NCBI GenBank assembly: GCA_043742785.1
Contig: JAYTXU010000048.1
Location: forward strand, 8,951-72,950
Length of the DNA stretch: 64,000 nt
DNA from: Candidatus Omnitrophota bacterium
Lineage (GTDB): Bacteria; Omnitrophota; Gorgyraeia; Zapsychrales; Fredricksoniimonadaceae
Direction: 5' to 3'
In this document: in pieces, positions 44,149 to 53,580 of the stretch
Layout of the letters: every line of letters begins with the position of its first letter
How positions within the stretch are numbered: the stretch's first letter is position 1
Notes under the pieces: model-generated
Seen by the model: only the letters and a program-made list of their open reading frames with translations
Databases searched by the model: none
What the model was told of the DNA's origin: nothing
Program-made: the position numbers and the translations under genes

Positions 44149-45108
44149 TTATGCGTTATCCATTTCGCCTATTTTTTTCTCAGCAGCTTCTGCAGGTTTC
44201 CAGAACCAACCTTGAGGATCCCAAGTTTGAGCATACGAATACTCATCAACAATCTTCTTATACGCATGAGCAGCTTCTTCTTTTTTACCAGCTGTACGAT
44301 ACGCTTCACCTAAGATAAACAAGGCTGTGCCAACATCATTAAGAGCCCAATATTTAAAAATCTCATCATTGGTCCCTGTTGCATAATCTTTAAGACTTGT
44401 CTGCATATCCTTTGCCTTTACAGCATAAAGCTCAGTTGTCTTATTAACGTAAGCTACTACCGTATTAACATCATTAGCTGCTAACGCTGCCCAAGCTTTG
44501 GCTACTAAGTGACTAGAAGAATAATCGCCAAAATCCAAACTAAGACCAGATTGTAACATAGCTAACTTTTCCTTAGCTGCATCAGCAGGTTTCCAAAACC
44601 AGCCTTTTGTATCCCAGCATTGACCAAAAGAAAAATCACTAACAACCTTACTAAAGGCTTCCTTACTTTCGTCTTTCATGTTTGCTTGACGATAAGATTC
44701 ACCTTGAATATAATAACTAGTAGCCACATCATTCAGAGCCCAGAATTTGAATATATCATCATTACTTCCAACTGGATAATCCTTGAGAGAAGCTTGCATT
44801 TCTTTAGCTTTAGCTGCATAAAGTTCAATACATTTATTAGTATACGCCAACACCGCCTCAATATCATTTTTAGCCATAGCTGCCCACGCCTTGGAAACAA
44901 AAGTTGTAGAGCGAAAATCACCAAAATTATACGCCATAGGTTTAGGAATAACAGGAGCGGTTGGTGCTTGAACGACCGCTGGAGCTGCCGCCACCGTTCC
45001 TTCAACTGACTTAGCTGTCTGAGTATCTGTAACCGTTTGCGCCATTGCTTGAACATAACCTGTACAAACCATCAAAACAACACAACAAATTCTTAACAAC
45101 TTTCTCAT
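44149..45108 (-). CDS. secreted protein made of two tandem ~125-aa helical (TPR-like) repeats of an unrecognised domain
   Basis: Start moved to MRKLLRICCVVLMVCTGYVQAMA (AGGGAGG Shine-Dalgarno at 45113-45119). There are two internal copies of KAWAA..ND...V.AY.NK..ELYA.KAK.MQ.SLKDY..G.ND.IFK.WALNDV...GE.YR...WD..GWFWKPA.AA. Confidence 0.6.
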   Translation of the reverse strand: MRKLLRICCVVLMVCTGYVQAMAQTVTDTQTAKSVEGTVAAAPAVVQAPTAPVIPKPMAYNFGDFRSTTFVSKAWAAMAKNDIEAVLAYTNKCIELYAAKAKEMQASLKDYPVGSNDDIFKFWALNDVATSYYIQGESYRQANMKDESKEAFSKVVSDFSFGQCWDTKGWFWKPADAAKEKLAMLQSGLSLDFGDYSSSHLVAKAWAALAANDVNTVVAYVNKTTELYAVKAKDMQTSLKDYATGTNDEIFKYWALNDVGTALFILGEAYRTAGKKEEAAHAYKKIVDEYSYAQTWDPQGWFWKPAEAAEKKIGEMDNA

Positions 45109-45254
45109 ACCAACCTCCCTAATAGAACTTAGTGTTAAATAAATAGGTTTATTCCCTGTGAAAGAAATAGACACTTCTTTAAAAAAACAAAGAATATTAT
45201 AAGTATACACTACCTTACCATCAAAATGCAAATTTGACACTGGCTCTCCTTGTG

Positions 45255-47555
45255 CTAATTCCACAAGCTCTTATAAATGTCATAAACTTTTCTTTGTTCA
45301 CGCATCAAAGGACTATGCTTCCCATCTCCTTGCCCTAAAATACCAAACCATTCCTCATAATAGTAACCGCCAGGAAAAGGCCCTACAACATCCGCCTTAG
45401 TATCATGAATCGATGGTTCATAGTTCTTCCACCATTCATCCACCCACTCAAAAGCAACTCCTCCAATAGCGTTCCCCTCTCCATCCTCAAAAGCTGCACT
45501 ATTATAAAATATGTCCAACCAATTACCCTTATGATAATCGGCTTGAGCATCTTCGGCCTCTTGTGCAGTCAAACCAGGCCCACTATACGCTGGTGCTCCA
45601 TATTCAGTAATAAAAGCTGGCTTACCTGTGACCTCAGCAATCTGCTGCCAATAAGAACCAAAGCCATAGTCTCCACGATAAACATTAGCCCCATAAGCAT
45701 CAACATCCGGCGCTGCCTTGCCAAATTTATCCAGAAATAATATATCCCCGTTACAAAGGGCCACTGGATGATTAGGATCCATCAATTTAATTGTTTTAGC
45801 TACTTCATTAACAAATTTATAATAACTTTCAGGTTTTTTATCGGCATTAGATGCTACCCCATAATTATTTTCATTACCTAAGAGCCACATCAAAACATAA
45901 GGTTCATCTTTAAACTTCGCAACCATCTGTCTGACAGATTCCATCATATTCTTCTGATGCTCCGGATTATCATAATCTGTACCATCAGACCAAGCAGCCC
46001 CGGAACCAACAGCATACTTCCCCAACAAATTCCCCATAATCACCATAAAACCATAATCCTGATACATTTTCTTTAGAAAGTCTTTATTAATGGGTCTTTG
46101 TGGGTGATCGTATACTCTAAGGGTATTAACTCCCATTTTTTTCATCAATGAAAAATCCCCTTCATTGGGCTCATCACTATCTTGTTGATTATTCCCATTC
46201 TTATCCAACCATGCTTGATAAGCAGCACTAGATTCATCCTCCATCCAATTGGTCAAGGTTCCATTATCTGGGCTTTGTCCAATCTTCGTTGGAGAGTACG
46301 TAATTCCTTTAATCATAAACGGTTTATTATTAACTAGAAGCTGCCAATGCTTATTCGCATATTGAACAAAATGAACATACCCTTGCCCCAAATTCTTAAC
46401 AGGCTCTCCTAGGTAAACCTTCTTTTTTTCAATCCCTAAAATATTCTTCGCCTGATCAACAATATCTAATTGTCGAAGAACTCCTGGTTTTATAATCGTC
46501 ACATCATTGGTAGGATCATTATCGAAAGAATTTAAAATTTGGATCTTAACACCTTTAAATTCTAATTTCAATTCTGGATGCATACGAAGAATATGCTGAA
46601 TCTTAGCAATAGCCGCCTGTGAGGGATACCATGGCGTATGCCAATACGTCCAAGCTAACGTCTCTGGATAATGAACAATGATCGCGTAGTAACATTTAAT
46701 AGCTTCATAATACATTTGAGCTTTCTCTAATATAATCCCCATATAAAACAAATTCACACCTGGAGCTTCCGTAGAAGTTGCCCATTTATAAAAAGCTGCC
46801 TGTAAATCAGGAGTATTAATAAAATCCCATTGACTACCATCTAAACGGCCTTCTTTAAGAGCTTTTTTATATTGAGGGTCTTTATAGATATCCGCTATGT
46901 CAGGATAAACTCCCTCCCCAACAGCAGCAATCAAACCTTTACGATTTGTCACTTGATAATGATATTTTTTTGTTCCTGGATTAAGGAAATTACCATATTT
47001 ATGATAATCAACAATCTTTTCTGTTCCAGGAAATCTCAAAGTTGGCCTAGTCTTCGGTCCTTGCTTGACAACAACAGTTTCCTTAGGCAATATTCCTTCC
47101 ATCACATTGATACTACCCTGCGCCTTCTCTTTAACAGACCAATATGACCCGCGAGAAGGATCCCAACTTTGCGACCATGGATACCACTGAATAATAAAAT
47201 TAAAAATATCCTTAGATTGGTCATTTTTACCTTGATGCATAAGTGCTTCACCCTGAATAAATAAACAAGTCGCCACATCATTCATAGTTTTGAAATTATC
47301 AACTAAATCACGGGCAGGAAAATTGGTTAACTGACCAGCTTGAGTTTTGGCTGTCTTTTCGTAATTAATCAATACTTCTTTAATTAAATCATCCAGAGTC
47401 TTAAAATCGCCCTCGTGAGAGGCTTTCCAAGCTTGATTGACAATCTCGCTAGAAGAACGTTGAACCTCAGGTAAGGAGGAAGATTCAGCATAAGATACTC
47501 TAGATGCCAGAAGTATTGCAAAAATAAGAAGAATATTCTTAAAAAGAAATTTCAT
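45255..47555 (-). CDS. secreted clan GH-A-like (beta/alpha)8 glycoside hydrolase with N-terminal copy of the same ~125-aa domain
   Basis: 766 aa with a signal peptide. The candidate acid/base motif is LLGNENNYG and the candidate nucleophile motif is FITEYGAP. The GH family cannot be assigned by eye. Confidence 0.65.
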   Translation of the reverse strand: MKFLFKNILLIFAILLASRVSYAESSSLPEVQRSSSEIVNQAWKASHEGDFKTLDDLIKEVLINYEKTAKTQAGQLTNFPARDLVDNFKTMNDVATCLFIQGEALMHQGKNDQSKDIFNFIIQWYPWSQSWDPSRGSYWSVKEKAQGSINVMEGILPKETVVVKQGPKTRPTLRFPGTEKIVDYHKYGNFLNPGTKKYHYQVTNRKGLIAAVGEGVYPDIADIYKDPQYKKALKEGRLDGSQWDFINTPDLQAAFYKWATSTEAPGVNLFYMGIILEKAQMYYEAIKCYYAIIVHYPETLAWTYWHTPWYPSQAAIAKIQHILRMHPELKLEFKGVKIQILNSFDNDPTNDVTIIKPGVLRQLDIVDQAKNILGIEKKKVYLGEPVKNLGQGYVHFVQYANKHWQLLVNNKPFMIKGITYSPTKIGQSPDNGTLTNWMEDESSAAYQAWLDKNGNNQQDSDEPNEGDFSLMKKMGVNTLRVYDHPQRPINKDFLKKMYQDYGFMVIMGNLLGKYAVGSGAAWSDGTDYDNPEHQKNMMESVRQMVAKFKDEPYVLMWLLGNENNYGVASNADKKPESYYKFVNEVAKTIKLMDPNHPVALCNGDILFLDKFGKAAPDVDAYGANVYRGDYGFGSYWQQIAEVTGKPAFITEYGAPAYSGPGLTAQEAEDAQADYHKGNWLDIFYNSAAFEDGEGNAIGGVAFEWVDEWWKNYEPSIHDTKADVVGPFPGGYYYEEWFGILGQGDGKHSPLMREQRKVYDIYKSLWN

Positions 47556-48400
47556 TATCCAACCACAGCTCCTGAAGACAGTCCTTTAATAATATGTTTC
47601 TGCATAGCTAAATATACCATAAGAATGGGTACAGCTGCCATTGTCAACCCTGCCATCAGAACCGGATAATCTGTACTATTGGCGCCTTGAAAGACCATGA
47701 GTCCTCTTTGTAACGGCATCAACCTTGAATCTCCCAAGAGTAAAAAAGCTAAGATATATTCGTTCCATACAGTCAATGAATTAAAGATAACGATAACAGC
47801 AATAGCCGGACGAGCTAAAGGCAAAGCTACAAGCCACCAAATACCAATTTTGCTACAACCATCAATACGCGCCGCATCCTCTAAATCCTTAGGCACCTTA
47901 TCAAAAAATGTCTTAAGCAACAAAATACTCATGGAAAGCCCAACGTTAATCATGCACAAAATATATCCAAAACGAGTATTAACCAAACCTAAATTTTTCA
48001 TAATCTGAAACAAAGCCACAAAAGAACCCGGTAAAGGTACCATCATCGCAGCTACAAACATATAGAAAATAATATTCTTACCAGGGAACTCTAGACGAGA
48101 AAAAGCATAAGCTGCCAATGAAGAAATAAGAACAATCCCCCCCACTACACAAGCGGTATAAATAATGCTATTTAGAAAGTAAACCGCAAAATTACCCTTA
48201 GTCCAGGCAATAGCAAAATTACCAAAATTCAAATGATGTGGAATTAGCCCCTTGTCGACAAAAACAGTTGCATTGGTCATAAAAGCACAACGCAACATCC
48301 AAAATATAGGAAACAGACAGGTTAAAGCAAAAATCATCAAAAAGATATGAATCAATGTTGATTTGGTCATCCCCCAGAGAACATGTCTGTTTGTCTTCAT
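47555..48400 (-). CDS. carbohydrate ABC transporter permease (MalG-like)
   Basis: 281 aa with six TM helices and the EAA loop DLEDAARIDGCSKIGIWWLVALPLARP. Confidence 0.9.
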   Translation of the reverse strand: MKTNRHVLWGMTKSTLIHIFLMIFALTCLFPIFWMLRCAFMTNATVFVDKGLIPHHLNFGNFAIAWTKGNFAVYFLNSIIYTACVVGGIVLISSLAAYAFSRLEFPGKNIIFYMFVAAMMVPLPGSFVALFQIMKNLGLVNTRFGYILCMINVGLSMSILLLKTFFDKVPKDLEDAARIDGCSKIGIWWLVALPLARPAIAVIVIFNSLTVWNEYILAFLLLGDSRLMPLQRGLMVFQGANSTDYPVLMAGLTMAAVPILMVYLAMQKHIIKGLSSGAVVG

Positions 48401-48419
48401 CTTGATTACTTTCGTCTGC

Positions 48420-49334
48420 TCATACTTGTTTTACCTTATCCGATAATTTTTTTGTAATAAACGAAATACAAACCAAGATAATCCCAAAAATTATCGCCTG
48501 GGCACAGGCATAACCAAAACGGTTGGTACCCGTCATAGCCAATAAAATACGAGTAACCGGCACATCTGTATGATTAACCAAGCCTTGATTAACCATACTG
48601 AGGATTAAAACGAAAACTTGCATACATCCTAAAATCGTTAATATTACCACTACCAAAATCACCGGTAGCATCATAGGGATAGTAACATTTGTAAAAGTTT
48701 TCCAAGTACTTGCCCCATCAATTTTGGCAGCCTCATATAATTGTTTATCAATCGTTTGAAGTCCTGCCACCATAATAATAAAGCCCCATCCAAAACCTTT
48801 CCAGCTATTAACAATAGCAATAGTCGTAAGCGCTGTTTTAGGGTCTCCCAACCAATTATGCACCAGCTGAGGAAACCCCGAGCTATACAAAAGATGATTT
48901 AAGAAACCAATATACTGACCATTCTGCATTTGAGGATTCAAGATCCAGTTCCAAATAAGACCTACAACAACTTCTGAAAGCACCGGTGGAAGAAAAAAAA
49001 CTACGCGATAAAAACGTTTCATGCGAATTTCACGATCACAAGCCAAAGCCAATGCAAAAGCTAAAACATTTTGAAAAGTCAAAGCAATCAGAGTAATATA
49101 CCCCGCATGTCCGATGGAATCCCACCAAAGATTATCACCAATTAATTCTCTGTAATTTTCCAAACCAACAAAATGCATAGGACCTATGCCCTTCCATTCA
49201 TGAAAGGAAAGAAAGATCATATTCAAAAAAGGATAGATATAAAAAACACAAAAAATAGCAAAAGCAGGAAGAACAAAAAAGAAATTCTGTAAATTATCCT
49301 TTAAAATTGCTGCAGCTTTAATCTTCGAACTCAT
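48420..49334 (-). CDS. carbohydrate ABC transporter permease (MalF-like)
   Basis: Start moved to MSSKIKAAA, 1 nt after the SBP stop. EAA loop YEAAKIDGASTWKTFTNVTIPMM. Confidence 0.9.
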   Translation of the reverse strand: MSSKIKAAAILKDNLQNFFFVLPAFAIFCVFYIYPFLNMIFLSFHEWKGIGPMHFVGLENYRELIGDNLWWDSIGHAGYITLIALTFQNVLAFALALACDREIRMKRFYRVVFFLPPVLSEVVVGLIWNWILNPQMQNGQYIGFLNHLLYSSGFPQLVHNWLGDPKTALTTIAIVNSWKGFGWGFIIMVAGLQTIDKQLYEAAKIDGASTWKTFTNVTIPMMLPVILVVVILTILGCMQVFVLILSMVNQGLVNHTDVPVTRILLAMTGTNRFGYACAQAIIFGIILVCISFITKKLSDKVKQV

Positions 49335-49335
49335 C

Positions 49336-50625
49336 CTAATAATTCCTTTTGGCCATCCGACGATCTTTAGCAATTTGAACATCTTGGGCCACCTGTTGAG
49401 GTGTTTTCTCACCAATAATTATAGCCTGAATCCCTTTATCAAAGACTTCTAAGACTAATGGATCTTCATTAATAGGCCATATCGTAGGATGTGTGGAATT
49501 CTCCATACCCTTGGCAAACTGTTCTTGAATAAACGGTATACCAGCCATCGCTTCCTTATTAGATGGCAAGTTATTAGTATCTTTTGCCAAAACTATTTGC
49601 TGATCTTTAGCTGTTAACCATTTTAAGAAAGCAATAGCCTTATCCTTGTTAGGTGATTGAGCATTGACTACAAACGAAGATCCTGCTCCTCCCCATATCT
49701 TTAAAGGATAGTCCTTAGAAATAGCTGGTGGTAGCATAACTCCGTATTCTAAATTAGGATTCATATTTTGATAAACATTAACACACCATGAGCCGTTAAA
49801 AGTAAATGCTGCACGTTCAAGAGCAAAATCTTGTTCAGCATACTTATTACCTTTAGTCACAATACCATCAATTAAAGCCCCCTTATCACGCAAATCAACA
49901 AAGACATTCAATACCTTAATCCAGTCAGAATCGGTATATTTAACCTCTCCTCTAAAGGTATCCAATACCTTTTTTTCTCCCATAATGTTAAAAGCATAGT
50001 TAAATGCAAAACTATCGGCTAGCCATAATTCACCCCAACCAGAGACAAAAGGTACTATACCTACTTTCTTGAGTTTCTTAACATCCAAAATAAATTCATC
50101 ATAAGTTTCTGGAGGACTGCTAATACCCGCTTTAGCCAATAGTTTCTTGTTATAAAGCATTTGAATGTTAGTAACGTCAATAGGAACACCATAAATACCA
50201 GGTTTAATTCCATAAATATTGCCAACTTCAAACTTGTTAACAAATAAGGCTTTATCAAAAATGCTTGACCCCCAAGCGCTATCATTAGCACTCATAGGAG
50301 CGGTCAAATCTTCTACTAGACCAGCTTTTATAAAATCAGCCATAATTGATTTTTTATCTAGAACACCATAAATATCAGGAAGCACATTAGCCTGAGCAGC
50401 AGCGATTACTTTTTGCGAATAGGCATCTGAAGGAGCAAAAAGCTGAAGATCTACTTCAATACCTGTTTGAGATTTAAATTCTTCGGTGAGCTTCTTAAGA
50501 GCATTATCACGATCTGTCATCCAATGCCAAACAGTGATTTTGTTAGAAGGAGTTTTCGTTTGTCCACATCCAGAAACTAAGACAATGATCAAAATCACGC
50601 TTAAAAACGTAAAAAATCTTCTCAT
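49336..50625 (-). CDS. ABC transporter extracellular sugar-binding lipoprotein (family 1 SBP)
   Basis: Start moved to MRRFFTFLSVILIIVLVSGC (AGGGAG Shine-Dalgarno). Lipobox VSGC. Confidence 0.9.
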   Translation of the reverse strand: MRRFFTFLSVILIIVLVSGCGQTKTPSNKITVWHWMTDRDNALKKLTEEFKSQTGIEVDLQLFAPSDAYSQKVIAAAQANVLPDIYGVLDKKSIMADFIKAGLVEDLTAPMSANDSAWGSSIFDKALFVNKFEVGNIYGIKPGIYGVPIDVTNIQMLYNKKLLAKAGISSPPETYDEFILDVKKLKKVGIVPFVSGWGELWLADSFAFNYAFNIMGEKKVLDTFRGEVKYTDSDWIKVLNVFVDLRDKGALIDGIVTKGNKYAEQDFALERAAFTFNGSWCVNVYQNMNPNLEYGVMLPPAISKDYPLKIWGGAGSSFVVNAQSPNKDKAIAFLKWLTAKDQQIVLAKDTNNLPSNKEAMAGIPFIQEQFAKGMENSTHPTIWPINEDPLVLEVFDKGIQAIIIGEKTPQQVAQDVQIAKDRRMAKRNY

Positions 50626-50710
50626 TACAACTCCCTTTATATGCAACTCTTTAAAAGTAGAATTTTAAAACTTAACATGCTAATGAAATGAGGTCAAGGA
50701 GCTTGTCTCC

Positions 50711-52150
50711 CTACGCTTTCCCTCGTCTTTCTTCCAGCTTCTTACGAATTTCATATGCCTTATCTTCTGTAACCTCAAATCTCATAATAATAAGAATCGC
50801 AATCACAGAGGTCACGATTGGAATACCTACATCACAGATCCTCATATACAACAAAGTATGAGCTGTTTGATTCAGTCCTAAGGTCACATTAAAACCCGTT
50901 AAATTCAGTAGGATTCCTGAAATCAACGATGCCGCTGCCTGTCCAAGCTTGATCATCCACCAATAAATAGCACCAAAGGTTCCTTCTCTGCGATTACCAT
51001 TTTCAAGTTCATCGAGGTCACAAACATCGGCCAACATAGAACTAACTATAATAAAAATTGACATTAAACCAAATGAGATAAATGGGGCAGCGATTAGAAG
51101 CAAGTAAGGATGCGACTGGCTATACCCTACCCATTTAAGAGTATACCCAACAAGAGAAACTGGAATAGTAATCAGCAGAGTATTGCGCTTTCCGATTTTT
51201 GTTCCTACCCAAGTGATCAAGGGGGCAACGATAAGAAAACTAGAGAGTGCGGACACTGTACCAAACCAACCAAGCAATATCCCTCCTTTTGAATAAGCGA
51301 CATCCATTGAACCAGAGCCACCATACACATAGAAGAAAATAACATAGGTTGTAAAAGCAGATGCCAACATAAAACCGTTGAAAATTAGAAAGGTGATGAT
51401 GCAAAGTTTGACGAAAGGACGATTTTTAAAAGTGATCGCACAACCACTAAAGAAATCCTTAATCACATTCTTTTGAGGAGGCTTAGGCAATTTAGTAAAA
51501 TATTCTTTGTTAAAAATAGCTGGCAGTATCCCCCCAATAATAATAAAAACACCGAAAATAACAGCGAGAATGTGAACTCCCTGCACAAGATTCTTATTTG
51601 AGTACATGAATGCAAATAACCAAGGAGAAATAAGCCAGGCAATCTGACCAATACTATTACCCCACCCCTGCAAACGTGTTCGTTCGTGATAATCAGGGGA
51701 CATTTCAAAACCTAAAGCGATAAATGGAATGGCAAAAAAAGCAAATGCAACCACAAATAGACATTGGATTATTAAAAAATACCAAAAATTATACATTTCA
51801 GTATTTTCTTTATGAAGTTGGAATAGTAGGATAAATAAAATTCCCGAAACTATAGCTCCCCAGAAAATAAAAGGCCGTCGACGGCCAAAACGGGTATGAC
51901 TATTATCTGAAGTGTAGCCGATAAGAGGGTCGGTGAAAGCATCAATAAGGCGGGGGACGGTACCAACTAACCCCACCAAGGCTGGATTCATACCTAAACC
52001 TAAATTCAAAACAACAACCATAGCACCGATCGCAGCCGCTTGCATCTGATTAACAAGGGCACCTACGCTATAAATTGCTTTTTGAAAAATAGGAATACGA
52101 TCTTCTGGGGCCGTCGTATGACGATGTGAGTGCTCTACTACTGGATCCAT
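50711..52150 (-). CDS. MFS transporter of the glycoside-pentoside-hexuronide (MelB-like) type
   Basis: 479 aa with 12 TM helices and the GPH-like motif DPLIGYTSDNSHTRFGRRRPF. Confidence 0.85.
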   Translation of the reverse strand: MDPVVEHSHRHTTAPEDRIPIFQKAIYSVGALVNQMQAAAIGAMVVVLNLGLGMNPALVGLVGTVPRLIDAFTDPLIGYTSDNSHTRFGRRRPFIFWGAIVSGILFILLFQLHKENTEMYNFWYFLIIQCLFVVAFAFFAIPFIALGFEMSPDYHERTRLQGWGNSIGQIAWLISPWLFAFMYSNKNLVQGVHILAVIFGVFIIIGGILPAIFNKEYFTKLPKPPQKNVIKDFFSGCAITFKNRPFVKLCIITFLIFNGFMLASAFTTYVIFFYVYGGSGSMDVAYSKGGILLGWFGTVSALSSFLIVAPLITWVGTKIGKRNTLLITIPVSLVGYTLKWVGYSQSHPYLLLIAAPFISFGLMSIFIIVSSMLADVCDLDELENGNRREGTFGAIYWWMIKLGQAAASLISGILLNLTGFNVTLGLNQTAHTLLYMRICDVGIPIVTSVIAILIIMRFEVTEDKAYEIRKKLEERRGKA

Positions 52151-52229
52151 TAACTACCTCCGTATTAATAAAAAGACACCCAAGGCAACGAATCGAGATT
52201 GTTATTTATTTTTCCGATACAAGTTTGGC

Positions 52230-52258
52230 ATTATAACAAAGCAATCTAGCGTGTCCAA
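52230..52258 (-). promoter_or_regulatory. candidate promoter of the sugar-utilisation operon
   Basis: On the minus strand: TTGGAC (52258-52253), 17 nt, TGtTATAAT (52238-52230). An ~70-nt leader ends in a GGAGG Shine-Dalgarno. Confidence 0.6.
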
Positions 52259-52308
52259 ACATATTTATCACAAGTTTCTCTAATAAAGCGCCCTCAAATG
52301 CTACACAA

Positions 52309-53553
52309 TCATTTTGCAAAAACATTCTGATTTCTTAGTTTTCTATGGTAGGTAATTGCAAAACGATGCGCTTCATCCCTTACTCTTTGAAGGAGTTTCA
52401 ATCCTAATGAATCTTTAGATAACACGATTGGATTACGCTTGGTAGGTAAGAAAACCTCTTCCTCCCGCTTAGCTAAAGAAATAATGGGTATTTGAATCCC
52501 TAATCCTTTTAAAACGTCACAAGCGGCTGCCAATTGCCCCTTACCCCCATCAATCATAATCAAATCAGGGTAAGGCAGTCCTTCTTTTTTCAAACGGGTG
52601 TACCTACGCATAACTATTTCAGCAATGCTTTTAAAATCATCAATCCCCTGCACTGTTTTAATCTTAAATCTTTGATAATTACTCTTATCCGGTCTACCGT
52701 TAACAAAAGAAACCATCGATCCTACCGATTGATTACCCATAATATTAGATATATCAAAACATTCGATACGTTCCGGGGCATGATCTAAACCCAAAGCCCT
52801 CTCTAGCTGTTCAGCTTCTTTAAAATAATTGATATCCTTAGTTCCTGAATACAGCGCACCTATAGCACGCAATTGATCTCTCACCTTAATAGCAGCTTCA
52901 AAATCTTTTTGCTGAGATAGTTCTTCCATCTCCCCTTGAAGATTCTTATAAAGATCATCTTTCTTGCCTTCCAGAATCAAACGCACATGCCTAATATTGC
53001 GCAAATACTCCTGTTTAGAGATATTTTTAATACAGGGCGCATCACATAGACCAATGTGATAATCCAAGCATGGTTTATTAGGCAAGGATTCACAGCTACG
53101 AAAATGAAATATCTTACGAATAATCACTAAAGCTTCCCTGATTAAGGAAGGATTCACGTAAGGACCAAAAAAATCCGCTTTGATTTCTTTATTTTTTCGT
53201 GTATTTAAACGAATCACTGAAACAAGAGGAAAGTCTTCTTTAGTAATCTGAATATACGGATAAGTTTTACCATCTTTAAGTTCAACATTGTACTTAGGTT
53301 GATGCTGCTTGATAAGGCTGGCCTCTAAAATCAACGCCTCTGCTTCGCTATGGGTCAAAATAAAATCAATATCATCAATATGTTCCACTAAAATATTTGT
53401 TTTAAGACTTTGATGATTACTACGAAAATATGATCCCACCCTACGGCGTAAGGACACCGCTTTACCGATATATATAATTCTCTCATCCTTATCCTTAAAG
53501 AGATATACCCCACTCGTTAAAGGCAGCATTTTGATTTTAGATTGTATATCCAT
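52309..53553 (-). CDS. uvrC: excinuclease ABC subunit C, short form lacking the C-terminal (HhH)2 domain
   Basis: 414 aa with GIY-YIG (GVYLFKD...IIYIGKA), a UVR motif (FEAAIKVRDQLRAI) and an endonuclease domain ending RDEAHRFAITYHRK. Confidence 0.85.
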   Translation of the reverse strand: MDIQSKIKMLPLTSGVYLFKDKDERIIYIGKAVSLRRRVGSYFRSNHQSLKTNILVEHIDDIDFILTHSEAEALILEASLIKQHQPKYNVELKDGKTYPYIQITKEDFPLVSVIRLNTRKNKEIKADFFGPYVNPSLIREALVIIRKIFHFRSCESLPNKPCLDYHIGLCDAPCIKNISKQEYLRNIRHVRLILEGKKDDLYKNLQGEMEELSQQKDFEAAIKVRDQLRAIGALYSGTKDINYFKEAEQLERALGLDHAPERIECFDISNIMGNQSVGSMVSFVNGRPDKSNYQRFKIKTVQGIDDFKSIAEIVMRRYTRLKKEGLPYPDLIMIDGGKGQLAAACDVLKGLGIQIPIISLAKREEEVFLPTKRNPIVLSKDSLGLKLLQRVRDEAHRFAITYHRKLRNQNVFAK

Positions 53554-53580
53554 AGGAAAGAATGGTTTTGTAACGACGAG

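Noticed and set aside
45109-45264. N-terminal extensions offered by the ORF track (44149..45264, 16351..16794, 5131..5880, 48420..49415, 49336..50646, 36437..37549, 58932..60188, 61486..63228, 8821..9624, 42011..43411).
   Set aside because: In each case an internal start codon is preceded by a good Shine-Dalgarno or promoter. Each such start also begins a signal peptide or a conserved family N-terminus. The extension overlaps the upstream gene, a repeat element or a promoter.
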